A DNA stretch of 64,000 nucleotides from Camelus dromedarius (taxonomy: Eukaryota). Numbering within the stretch: position 1 is the first letter of the stretch; each line of letters starts with the position of its first letter. Shown one piece after another: positions 26,348-38,307 of the stretch. The notes beneath the pieces were generated by a model that was not told where the DNA came from, searched no databases, and was given only the letters and a program-made list of their open reading frames with translations. Location: NCBI RefSeq assembly GCF_036321535.1, contig NC_087437.1, forward strand, positions 8,556,001 through 8,620,000, in the 5' to 3' direction. Made by a program: the position numbers and the translations under genes.

Positions 26348-26492
26348 TGTATCAGATACTAAGCTAAGTACCTTACAGTGTATCTTATTTACTCCTTGTA
26401 ACATTCCCACTACATGCCCTTGTTGTATCCATTTCACAGAGGAGAAAATTAAAGCACAGAGAAGTAGTTTTCTTAAGGTCACACAACTAGAA
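26348..26492 (-). mobile_element. MIR
   Basis: CCATTTCACAGAGGAGAAAATTAAAGCACAGAGAAG..AAGGTCACACAACTAG core. Confidence 0.85.
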
Positions 26493-26984
26493 CTTACACA
26501 TCAAGATAACTAAGGAATAAAGTAACAGTAGATAAAATAATTCCCCTTTGATAGTAGTTCATGCTAATTTCAGCTTTTGCACATGCAGTTGCAGGAGAGT
26601 AAGTGACATATCATAGGGCTTCCTGAGATACCTCAAGCCTCTGGCTTGTGGATGAATGAGTGGATAGCCAACCCAGATAAATCACAGCCTTCATATTTTA
26701 GAATGAGAGGAATCTTGCCCTGCTTCAGAGAAAACACATCAGATATATGTGTTACCACAGGAGAACATAAATCTCAGGTGGTCAGAGAGATGAATCCTTG
26801 CTTATCAGCCCTACTATTTCTTTTCTTCCTTGGGCTCTGCTTAGGGAATCTGATAATAATCATTGTTGTGATTTTCCTACGTTATGTCCCTTATATGTTT
26901 CTTTTTGAAGCAAGGATTCTCAGGAGATATTTATTTGAAAAGTCCCCATGAGAGCTGTAGCTTCTCTGCAGCCTGATTTTTTAC

Positions 26985-28986
26985 GTATAGGGCACCCACA
27001 GCCAGCTGCACCAGGACCTGGGCCTGCCCACCAGCAGGCTGGCAGCCACTACACAAGGCAGAGCCTGGTAGCCAACTGGGCCCGGGGCCAGCCTCTCCTG
27101 CCAGCACACCCACAGTAGTTAGCCATTGGACAGCAGAGGACCCACACAGCTCACATAGGGGGCACCCTTAGACATATACCTCTGGGGACCAGGGAGGGGT
27201 GGGCTGCTGGGCCCCATAGATGTCTCCTATGTAAGGCCACTTCTCCAATACTGGGAAATGTAACTGATCTACCTAATAAATGCATATAAACACAGAGAAT
27301 TAGGCAAAAGGAGAAGACAGGGAGATGTGTTCCAAATAAAGGAATAAGACAAGCTGCCACCCCTCAAGAAGAACCCGGTGAACTGGAGATAACCTATCTA
27401 CCCCATAAATAGTTCAAGGTAATGATCATAACGATGCTGACCAAACTGAGAAGAATGGATGATGAACACAGTGAGAACTTCATCAAAGAGTTAGAAAATG
27501 TAAAGAAGAACCAAACAGAGCTGAAGAACACAATAACTGAAATAAAAATATGCTAAACAGAAGCAATAGTAGATTAGAGAATAAAGAGGAAAAAATCAGT
27601 GACCTGGAAGACAGAGTAGTGGAAATTACTCAAGTGGAACAGAAAAAAGAAAAAAACAATTTTTAAGAATGAGGATAATCTGAGACCTCTGGGACAACAT
27701 CAAGCATAACAACATTCATATTTTAGGAGTCCCAGAAAGAGAAGAGAGAGACAAAGGAGCAGAACTTATTTAAAGACATAATAACTGAAAACTTCCTTAG
27801 TCCAGGAAAGGAAACACACATCCAGGTCAAGGAAGCACAGAATCCCCAACAAGATGTATTATAATTCAAATGGCAAAAAATGAAGATAAAGAGAAAATCT
27901 TAAAAGTAGTAGGAGAAATGCAACTAGTTATGTACAGGTGAACTGCCGTAAGACAATCAGCTAATTTTCAGCAGAAACTCTTCAGACCAGAAGGGAGTGG
28001 CATGTTACATTCAAGTAATAAAAGGGGAAAAATCCTCCAAAGAAGAAATACTATAACCAGCAAGTCTATCCCTTGGATATGAAAGAGAGATAAAAAATAT
28101 TTTACAGACCAGCCAAATATAAAAGAGCTCAGTACTACTAAACAAGCATTATAAGGAATGTGAAAGGGACTTCCTTTAAGCAGAATAGGCCACAGCTAGA
28201 ATTATGCAAATTACAAAAGGAAAAAATCTCATTGGTGAAGGCAAAGATACTGTAAAGGTAGTAGATCCACCACTTATAAAGCTAATAGGAAGGCTAGAAG
28301 ACAGAAGTACTAAAATCATCTATATCCACATAATTAGTCAAGGGATAACACAATAAAAGGATGTAAAATATGATATCAAAAACAAAAGGGGGGAGGGAAT
28401 GCAGGGTTATAGAATGTATTCAAACTTAAGAGATCATCAACTTAAAATAATTCTATATACATATATATATTTAATATGTATACACACATAAATTGTTATA
28501 TATGAACCTCATTGAAACCACAAACCAAAAATGTGTAATAGATGCACACACAAAAAGAGAAAGGAATCCAGACATACAACTAAAGATAGTCATTAAATCA
28601 CAAGGGAAGAGAGCAAAAAAGAAGAAAGGAACAACAAAGAATTACAAAACAACCTGAAAACATTTAACAAATGGCAATCAATACATACCTATCAATAATT
28701 ACCTTATATGTAAACGGGCTAAATGCTCCAATGGGAAGACGTAGAGTTGTAGAATGGATTAAAATTGTACCACATATATGCTATCTATAAGAGCCTTACT
28801 TCAGATCTAAAGACACACCAAGATTGAAAGTGAGGGGATGGAAAAAGACTCCATGCAAATAGAAATGAAAAGAAAGTTGGGATAACAATGCTCATATCAG
28901 ACAAAATAGATTTTAAAACAATGACTGTAACAAGAGACAAAGAAAGACATTATATAATGATAAAAGGATCAGTTCAACAAGGAGAT
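26985..28986 (+). mobile_element. L1 5' portion: part of 5'UTR, decayed ORF1, spacer and ORF2 start; 3' part missing
   Basis: ORF1-like GACCTGGAAGACAGAGTAGTGGAAATTAC and TCAGCAGAAACTCTTCAGACCAGAAGGGAGTGG; ORF2 ATG at 28671; ORF 28888..29076 (ISDKIDFK..RDKERHYIMIKGS). Confidence 0.92.
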
Positions 28987-29265
28987 CCAACTCACTGCTC
29001 CCAGCACAGGAGTGTTACCAAGCCCGAGCTCGTACTGCGGTCGCCTGTTCAAATCTCACAGACAAAAAGCTTGTAATAGTTTGCCATTCTTCACGCATAT
29101 TATAAAACATAAAATAAGTATAGGGAAATCCTATCAACTTTTAAAATTATTCCTATTATAATTATGATAACGCTTTATTTAAAAATTACTACTTAGAAAC
29201 ATACATATTTTTACTATATGCATAAATTGATGATATCACAATATTTTTCTGAGGTTAGGAAAACC

Positions 29266-29406
29266 TTTTTTTTAAATTTATTTTTTGGTGGGGGAGGTAA
29301 TTAGGTTTATTTGCTTATTAATTTTTTAATGGAGGTCCTGAGGCTTGAACCCAGGACCTTGTGCATGGTAAGCACACACTCTACCACTGAGCTATACCCT
29401 CCACCC
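29266..29406 (-). mobile_element. Vic-1-type camelid tRNA-derived SINE
   Basis: Reverse complement GGGTGGAGGGTATAGCTCAGTGGTAGAG..GGTCCTGGGTTCAAG (A and B boxes), A-rich tail; imperfect TSD TTCT(G/TA)AGG(T/C)TAGGAAAAC on both sides. Confidence 0.9.
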
Positions 29407-29419
29407 TTTCTTAAGGCTA

Positions 29420-31480
29420 GGAAAACTCTTTCTGCTCCCCTCCTTTACACTTGTCTCACTTGATCCCCTACCCTCACATACACACCATTTCTACCAATCC
29501 CTCCTCCTATCCAGCTTCGCAACCCACGTGAACAACTTTGTATCATTTCAGTTTTTCTTCATATACTTTTAATCACAAACATATCCTCAGAAAACTGAGG
29601 TCTCTTTTTACAAAAACAAGTTTCTATTTTTGCACGTTTTAAAAATCACTTCTCATAAAATAGTACACTGTGGAAATCTCTCCAGGTCAATTGCTGGACA
29701 TTTAATTCATTCTTTCAGTGGTTGCATAACATTCCATGATGTACACGTAAAGTAATTGAACTTGCTCTGTGTGATCGCCACCGTGTTTCTTTTTCCTCCA
29801 CTTTGTACGATGGCTATAATAAACATCATTTTACATTAATCTTTATGTACTTACGCCTTTGTCTCTGTAAGACAGATTTCATAGGAGGGCTCTCTGGCCA
29901 AATGAAGACATGTATTTTTAGTCTTAACTGATGTCAAATATTCTTACAAAAGCCAGTGACAATACACATTCCCTCTGGCAGTGGATGAAAGCAAACCCAT
30001 TTTACCCCATCTCTGCCAGGAAGAGTTATTATGGGTAGTTTGGAGAAAATACATCTGGTACCCTACCTCAAATCTTCTGGGCTTTATCTCAGATTTCATC
30101 CATGCCTGGAACGGATATTATATTCGGGTTTCAAATAACTTCAAGTTTCTCTCTTCTAAATAGAAGTGCCTGCCATGTCTTCACTTTCTGCCCCAGGCTC
30201 TTCCACGCCTTGGATGATGGCGAGGGTTTTCTTGACTTGCATCAGCGTGTATGAGCAACTCCTTTCTTTGAATAGGACAATTCTGCGAGATAATCTCTTC
30301 ACTTCTCAGGAGGTGCTGATGGAATAGAGACTCCGCTGCCCACAGGGGTGATCTTCATAACAAAAGTGACCCTTTTGATTAGTTTTCCCTCCTTCTGTGT
30401 CTCATTCCCCTACTCCCTCAACCCCTGCTCCAAATAAACCATCCGCACATAGATCCTGGTCCAGAGTCTCCTTTAGAGGAAATCCAAGAAAAGACAGGTC
30501 CTTCTTGTATTTCTCAATCTGATGGCTACAAAGTGGTATTTGTTGTTACTTTATTTTTATTTTCCTGATTATTAGTGAGGGTGATCACTTTTTCCTACGT
30601 TTATTACCCATGCTGGTTTCCACTGCTGTAAATTATCTCTTCAACGCTTAGCCCATTTGTTTGTTGGGTTTTTGTGTGATGTTGATAATTTTAAGGTCTT
30701 TCTTCTGAGTCTGTTTTCTGTATGAATATTTCTGTATTAATATTCCTATTTGTCTTCGACTTTGCTCTGCAATTTTTTACATTACAAAACTTAAAAAATT
30801 ATTTTGTCAAACACGTTTACCTTTTATTGTATGAAATCTGCTTTTCTAGTTTGATTTAAGCGAACTCCCCCACCCCCTCATAATTTACACAAATCTTAAT
30901 TTTAGATTTTCTTGTATGACTTTGTTATTTTTTATATTTGAAGTCTTTAATCCACCTGGAATTTATTTTTGTTTATAAGATAGATACTTCATTTTATTTT
31001 CTTCTAGATAGTTTATTGTGCAGTGTCATTTATTAAATAATCCATCATTTTCTCCATTAAACTGAAATATTTTCTTTGACATGCATTAATTTTTTATTGT
31101 GATTTTGTTCACCTGGATTCTTTATTTTGTTCCTTTGAATTATTTGTCTTTTACTGTTAATATGATATTGACCTGATTACGGTGGCTTTCTGCACTCTTT
31201 ACTTCCATTTTTTTTATCACCTACTCTTCAGTTTTCATTATTATTTAAACATTTCAGATACTTTGATCCAATTTATAAAAAGAATTTTGTATGGATTCTA
31301 GTTGGAAGTGCATTAAATTTATGTATTAATTTGCAAAGAATTGAATTTTTATGCTATTAAGACTTTCGATGCTGCAAAGTGACATATCTGTTTAGGTCTT
31401 TTTTATATGCTTCAGTAAGATTTTATAATCCAACTCCATATGGTTCCTTTTTTGTTGTTAAATATATTCTCAATTTCTTT
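29420..31480 (-). mobile_element. Ancient L1ME-type element, interrupted by an LTR
   Basis: TTCATTCTTTCAGTGGTTGCATAACATTCCA, TTTCCTGATTATTAGTGAGG and GTCTTTAATCCACCTGGAATTTATTTTTG motifs. Confidence 0.75.
30032..30496 (+). mobile_element. ERVL LTR16-like solo LTR
   Basis: 3' end CTCCAAATAAACCATCCGCAC..AGAGGAAATCCAAGAAAAGACA matches the LTR16 pattern. Confidence 0.7.
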
Positions 31481-32012
31481 AATAATATCAAAAGAATTTT
31501 TTGTTGTTGGCCCTCATTTGCTAGAGCCTTGAACATGTACTTAGCTTGTCTTTTGGGTAACAAAAAACTGTCACTTTTTGGATTAGAACTTAGCAGAAAC
31601 AAGCTTCTCTCACTCTGCATTACCCTGCAAAGCTCATTTCTTTGAGGTTTATCGCTAATATTAATATATGTAGGTCTTAGTGCACAAAGTATAAGCATTA
31701 CTTAGAACAGTATAGAGGGCAAACAGCTTCAAGGGTAATCAGTCCGCAGGTCTACACCATTGCAGTATCAGCCAAACTGGGATGAGTTCTCTTGCCTTTG
31801 TTTTGGGTCCAAGGATGCTCAGCTGTCCTTATGCTTTCCTGGCTTTACTCCCCTCCAGACACTATGTCCAATCATCAGTCCATCCAACCACATCCAGTTT
31901 CCTTGATGACTATATCTTGTTTGCTGACCTTGCCTGCTTGGACCTCACATCTTGCCATTTACTTACTGTTTCCCATCTCTCGTAGATCTGTGGTATCTGA
32001 AGGAATGCGTTA

Positions 32013-32544
32013 GTATAACCGATTGATTCTTACACAAAGCCGACTGCTGGCAGTTCCTCCCCTCTCTGTCCATGTATGCAGTGTTTCCGATTGGGAGGTG
32101 ATGTCTTTTCCATTCTTTTGAATCTGTACTGGCCCTGTGACTTGCTTCTACCAGTAGGATATGACAGAAATGACTGTGACTTCTTGGCAGGGCCTTAAGA
32201 GGCCTTGCTGCTTCTGCTTTCACCTTCTTAGAACTGAGCCATAATGAGACTCAGATTAGGCTACCTACTGAATGATGTGAATCCACCTGGAGAAAGAGGC
32301 CAGCCAGCCCCAGCCACACCAAACCACGCCCAAGCCACGCCCAAGCCATGTGCCCTGCTGGATGTGGCACCAGGCACCCTCCAGCCCTAGCTAAGCTCCC
32401 AATATACGAGTAACCCCAGCTGACTAGTAAGAATTCTCCAGCTGAGCCTAGCTAGCCCATGGAATTGGGAAATAGAATACAACACTGTGTGTAAGCCACT
32501 TCATTTTGAGTTGGTTTGTTATAGAACATTAGGTAGCTGAGATA
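32013..32544 (+). mobile_element. MaLR LTR (MLT1F/G-like)
   Basis: TTGAATCTGTACTGGCCCTGTGACTTGCTT, GGCCTTAAGAGGCCTTGC and TAAGCCACT..GGTTTGTTAT. Confidence 0.8.
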
Positions 32545-33762
32545 GTGAGCATCAAAGGGAAGTATGTAAATGCTGATATGATGAAGCAGATAATTCTGCG
32601 ATCAGGCTATGCCAAGAAAAACATTAAGTGAGGGACTGTCTTCTGAGGGAGGAAATAATCAAGCAGTGGTGTATAAATAAATGATATTCATCATGTAAAT
32701 AGAACATGTCTCCTTTTAAAGGTCTGCATTTTCCCCCATTGTTTTCTATATCCACCATGTGTGTATATTACAATAGGATGGCAATAATTTTAGAATTTTT
32801 ATATAATAAAAGTATAATTGAGGGGCTGTTATTGTAGTTCTTTGTTGTTACATGATTGCTCAATGCTTTTGTGTTCCTGCCTATAGCAGCCCCTCTCTTT
32901 GTTGACTCTGAGGTTGAAAATTCTAATGACTGAACATGTTAGGTATTGAATGATGCCTGAGGCCGTGCTATTTGATAAGTATATCAACTAGACACACAAA
33001 AGGTGGGGCAAGTTTTGTTTCTTCAGAGGCCATTCTGTATGTGTTTGATTCCTGGATCTTGGAAGATCCTGGATAGTAATGTTGCCAGATAAGGTTTTGA
33101 TATAGTTGAGCTATTACTGTCCTTAGCAACCTCTTTAGTAAACACAGTAACACTGTGACAAGCCTGTAAGTTCTCTGCCTCCTTCGTATCCAGATTCAGT
33201 ATGGGCAGTGGTATTGTCAACACTATTAAACAAGCTAAATGCCGAACATGCTATGTACGTCTTAACCGTAAACTGTAAACAGCAAGATGTTTGTTTCAAG
33301 GTAAAAGATGACATTACTAAGCTCTGCTGTCTGGGTTGGCTTCTCCCTTGCTCTGCATAACTGCATCACTAACAGAGAGCTGAACAGGTGCAGTGATTGC
33401 TTTCAAGATTGCAATGATCACTGCTAATTCCTCCGGGCAGATCTAGTCCTTGGGTATCAGTGGGTTAGGAAAGGAAGACGGGATGTGCAACAGTGGAGGT
33501 GGTGAAGGGAGGGCTTCCTGGGAGGGGAAAAGTTGTTTTTCTGATTTTACACTATAGTTTAAAAACTGCAACTTCATGGTCTGTCAACAATCTTGAGGTT
33601 ACAGAGGCTTTGAGACTATGTTAAATGGGAGAGAGGTGGGTAGAGAAAGTTTTCACTTTGTGTTTAATTTTACTGGTTGCGTTTTGACATTCTGAGAAGC
33701 ATCAGTTGGCAAAGGTGATTATCAGCAGGGCAGAAGAAGCGCTTAAGGTTGCAATTAATATG

Positions 33763-33882
33763 TTACTGTTCACATCAAAGGAACAGTAAAAGGCAAATTG
33801 CGCAAGTTGTCAGAAGGCCTGGACAATCACCGTGCAGACAATAAAGGGTATAGAAAGTCGGAGTGGAGAAGCAAGTGAGTCA
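33763..33882. promoter_or_regulatory. Candidate enhancer: TCF/LEF + C/EBP + AP-1 motifs
   Basis: ACATCAAAG 33772-33780, TTGCGCAA 33798-33805 and TGAGTCA 33876-33882 in unique sequence. Confidence 0.4.
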
Positions 33883-34769
33883 AAACAGTCAGGCTTTTGT
33901 TTTGTTTCTTTCCAGTTCGGTACTGGTCAGTGCACCTCTCTGATAGCTTTAGAGACAGTGACAGGGATCAAAATGCATTGTTTCTTGTTTTTGTGTGACT
34001 TCTCAGCAAAAGTTTAAATAACCTACTCAGTTCTTTAGCTGTTAGTTTATAATGTTTGATATCTTATATTCCATCTTTACTATGCTAGGATTTAAGACAG
34101 TTCCTCTAACAGCTCTATCTGGATAAAATTTCATTTTCTGCCTTCCAACAAATCTCCAGGCACAAAATAAAGATTCATCTGTTGGCATTTATAAAAACTC
34201 ACAGCAGGTTAAAGTTCATAAGGACAAATTTTGAAACATTCCAAAATAAAATCAATACTGACCATGCTATGAATACTGGTATAACTTAGTTCTGTTTGAT
34301 AAAATAGAAAATAGTCTTTGATAAAATCCTTATTTACTTCATTGGCTAGGAGGATAGAAGATCATTGGTAATCTCATTCTGGTCTTAAACTACTTAAAGT
34401 AAAGGTCACCATTTGACACTTAGGTCTTATAAAGCACTTTGCATGCCTGTAATCCATCTATCACCATATAATATTGAGCAGATGAATAAATACTGCTGTG
34501 AATTCCATAACTTTGTCCTTGAAACAGAAGCAATGCTTCTCAAATGGTTTAATCTACAGCTATGAGTAAATATATACATATATAAATGTATAATATCTAT
34601 GCGTATAGAATATTATTAATTTATAATTTATTAAATTATACATTTTATGGAATGTTACTCATAATTTATTCAACAAACATTTATTGAATATCTACATTGT
34701 GCCAGGCATAGGGTTACATACCATTTTGTTTCTAACAAAATAAAAATATTTCCATAATGATTTATAGTC

Positions 34770-34980
34770 TAGCATGGTGGTAAGATGGGGGTTGCAAGTC
34801 AGACTGTCTGCTTCTGTGATTTTCTAGCTGAGTAAGTCTGGACACGTTATTTAACTTCATTAGTAAAACACAGATAATATTTCTCTCATGGGATTTGTAA
34901 GGATTAAATTAGTCAATATAAAGAAATTAGAGTAGTGCCTGAGACGAAGTTCCCACACATAATTAATCTGACTATATTAT
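34770..34980 (+). mobile_element. MIR (preceded by an L2 3' end at ~34660-34715)
   Basis: GTCAGACTGTCTG..GTTATTTAACTTC..GTAAGGATTAAAT..AGTAGTGCCTG. Confidence 0.75.
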
Positions 34981-35046
34981 CTTATTTCATTAGATGTGGT
35001 TCTGACCTTAAGAACTTGACACTGAGTGGATGAGACAGATGCCATC

Positions 35047-36292
35047 TGTGTTAGTTAGTGTTCTCCAGAAAACCAGAACCAGGAAGGTCTGTGTCTGTAA
35101 CATATTTATAGATATATCTAGATATATATATATAAACATCCTATGTGTATTGTGTATATATACACATCATATACAGTCTAACCTAATACATGTAATGTAT
35201 ATGTATGCATTGTATATATGCACATGTATGTATAGGTACATATGTAGGTATATTTTATGTATGTATATATATTTATATTTAGTTTGGACCAGGTAAACTC
35301 TACTGTCTGATGCCAAATGGGGGATAATAAATGAAATTACATTTTGATTAATTGCCAGGATGTATGTCCAGTTCAGGTTACACAAAGTCATTTTTTTAAG
35401 ACTGTAGATATTCAAAAATCTCATACATACACACACACACACACACATATACATGTACATGCATAAATACACATATATACATAGACACATGCTTGTATAT
35501 ATTCACACATATATACATACATACACACCCCTATATATATACACATACATTAATATACACATGTATGTATTGGAATGTATCCAGGAAGACTTCGCTTGTG
35601 ATTCACTTTATTGTGATTCACTTTATTGTGATTCACAGATAGTGCATTTTTTACAGATTGAAGGTTTGTGGCAACCCTGTATTGAGCAAGTGTATAGGTA
35701 TCATTTTTCCAACATTAGCTCACTTCATGCCTTTGTGTTGTATTTTGGTAACTCTCTCAATATTTCAAACTTTTTCATTATTATGATGTATGTTAGGATG
35801 ATCTGTGATCTTTTGTAACTTGTTTTGTTGTGTATTTTTAAATTATGCACCGTTAAAAGACATAATGCTAAAGCACAACTTAGTAGACTACATTATAACA
35901 TAAAAGTAACTTTTATGTGCACTGGGAAACCACAATATTTGCGCAACTTGCTTTATTATGATGTTCACTTTATTGTGGTCTGGAACCAAACTGGCAGTAT
36001 CTCCTAGGTATGCTTACACACATGTGCATATATATTAGGAGGTATATATGTCTATGTGTGACGTGTATACACACAATATAGATAGGATGTGTGTGTATAT
36101 TTATCTGTATGTGAGTATATGTGTGTGTGTATATATAGAGAGAGAGCGACAGAAAGAGAGAGAGAATGAGAGAGATTTATTTTAAGGAACTGCACTGCCT
36201 ATTTGTAGTGGATGACAAGTCCAGAATCCACAGAGCAGGCCAGCAGGCTGGAGCTCTAGGGAAGACTTGACTTAATAGTCTGAAGGCAGAAC
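35047..36292 (-). mobile_element. MLT2 (ERVL) LTR part with an expanded internal microsatellite
   Basis: TGTGTTAGTTAGTGTTCTCCAGAAAACCAGAACC start; resumes after the repeats with AGAGAGATTTATTTTAAGGAACTG..GGCCAGCAGGCTGGAG. Confidence 0.85.
35582..36016 (-). mobile_element. Internally deleted Tigger1 derivative
   Basis: Both Tigger1 ends: TTGAAGGTTTGTGGCAACCCTG and GCACTGGGAAACCA..GTGGTCTGGAACCAAAC..AGGTATGC. Confidence 0.9.
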
Positions 36293-36294
36293 AC

Positions 36295-36483
36295 CCTCTC
36301 TATGTGTCTGCATCCAAATTTCCTCTTATAAGGTTATCAGTTATCTTGGATTAGGGCCCATCCTAACGATCTGATTTTAATTACCTCTAAAGATCCTCTC
36401 TGCACATACGGCCACACTCTGAGGTACCAGGGGTTAGCACTTCAATGCATGAATTTCTTGGGGACACGATTCAGCCTAGAACA
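36295..36483 (-). mobile_element. MLT1B-like MaLR LTR 5' part
   Basis: GGATTAGGGCCCATCCTAA..TCTGAGGTACCAGGGGTTAG..GGGGACACGATTCAGCCTAGAACA. Confidence 0.85.
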
Positions 36484-36646
36484 TCATCCTAACTCTATAA
36501 TATGAGAGATGTGGTGCTGGTGGTCTGCACACAATTCTGAGGAAACAGAGGTGAGAGTACTTTTTCCTGGGCAGTGATGGTGGTAGTGTTGGTAGCAGTT
36601 GGAGGCTTAGAGATTTCAGTGAAGATGCCATTTAAAACAGAATTTA

Positions 36647-37168
36647 TAGTTATGCAATGGAATACTACTCAGCCATAAAAAGATAAAATAATGCCATTTG
36701 CAGCAACATGGATGGATCTGGAGATTGTCATTCTAAGTGAAGTAAGCCAGAAAGAGAAAGAAAAATACCATATGATATCACTCATATGTAGAATCTAAAA
36801 AAAAAAAAAGGAAAAAGAGGACACTAGTGAACTCATCTACAAAACAGAAACAGACTCGCAGATATAGCAAACAGTCTTACAGTTACCAGGGAGAAGAGGG
36901 TGGGAAGGGATAAATTTGGGAGTTGGAGATTTGCAAATGTTAGCCGATATATATATATATATAAATAGATTAAAGAACAAATTTCTTCTGTATAGCACGA
37001 GGAACTATATTCAGTATATTGTAATTTTTAATGAAAAACAATATGAAAATAGATATATGTGTGTGTATATTTATATATACACACATGACTAGGACATTGT
37101 GCTGTATACCAGAAATTGACACATTGTAGCTGACTGTACTTCAATTAAAAAAAAGGAAAGAAAAAGAA
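36647..37168 (+). mobile_element. 5'-truncated camelid-type L1 with perfect TSD
   Basis: ORF2 end plus 3'UTR and A-tail; 13-bp TSD AAAACAGAATTTA at 36634-36646 and 37169-37181; TT/AAAA endonuclease site. Confidence 0.95.
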
Positions 37169-37991
37169 AAAACAGAATTTAAGGGAAAAAATTCACTGAG
37201 AGTACAAGGAAAGAAACTTGTAAGTAGAGGATACAGCATGAACACAATCACTGATGTGCAGAAGTGCCTGGTGACTAGGTTCCGGAAGTATTTCAGAGGA
37301 GGTTTTGGGGAGCATTAGAAGAAAAGGGTGAGCCTCAAGTCAGGGACAGTATCTGAAGTATTTTTAAAGCTTTCCCTAGATTTTAAAATTTATCCTATGA
37401 GCAACACGAAGTTATTAGATAGTATGAAGTTAGAATCACAAACTATCTGATTTTAATGAATTTTACTTAGAAAAAGTATCCTGGTGGCAGTGCAGGGCTT
37501 AGATTCGGCAGGGGACAGACATGGGGCTGATGCATTTGTGAGGAATTAAGTTGACAATAGCTTGAAATAATTTAGTAGCCGTGGGGATGGGAGAAAGAGA
37601 TGGATTTTGCCGAAGGTAAGTCTGGCAGCATGTGGTTGAGGGGGCTGAGAGAGATGGAGAAATGAAAGGCATTCTGAATCCTCTGCCTTGGCTGGCTAGG
37701 CGGATGGCACAGAAGTGTTATTTGTGTTCATGAGATGGCTGTTGAGCCTTTGTTGTGCACGGTGCTGCAGAGGGCTTTGGATACACATTTTAGAGTTGAT
37801 TTGAATTGCTATAAATTTAGCTCATCACATACACACCAAGTGTTGCACAAGTATTCACACAAATTCAAGGAGACTTTTTTTAAGCACTAGAATAGTTGCT
37901 TGGGGAGGGAAGAATTTAAATAAGAAAGGGTGGTCGAAGGAAGCATGTAAATAAGTGAGGGACCTTGCAGGAACCAATGTGGATGGCATGG

Positions 37992-38077
37992 ATGAGCTAA
38001 TTAGTATAATTACTCAACCCCAGACACCTGTGCTATGAACTAATTAGCATGATTACTCAACCCTCTCCACCTGGGGT
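37992..38077. repeat. Two-copy 43-bp imperfect tandem duplication
   Basis: ATGAGCTAATTAGTATAATTACTCAACCC.. versus ATGAACTAATTAGCATGATTACTCAACCC.. Confidence 0.9.
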
Positions 38078-38108
38078 CCAAACAGGAGACTGATAAAATA
38101 CATTTAGC

Positions 38109-38258
38109 ATATTTAGTTTTGGACCAGATGAACTCCACTGCCTGATGCCAAGGAGGAACAATAAACAAAACACATGTTGATAAATTCCCAGAATGTATGT
38201 CCAGTTCAGCTTACACAAAATTGTTGATCTTTTTAAGGCTGTTGGTGATTCAAAATCT
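38109..38258 (+). repeat. ~150-bp segment duplicated at 35275-35421
   Basis: Collinear shared blocks ATATTTAGTTT, GGACCAG, CTGATGCCAA, ATGTATGTCCAGTTCAG and TTACACAAA. Confidence 0.92.
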
Positions 38259-38307
38259 TAAATCAAGAATGCTGCAGAATTGGTTGGCATTCTAATGTGT
38301 AGAATAT

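Noticed and set aside
35595..35636. Short tandem TTGTGATTCACTTTA repeats as a CRISPR-like array
   Set aside because: No spacers; it is the repeated subterminal motif of Tigger1 in eukaryotic DNA
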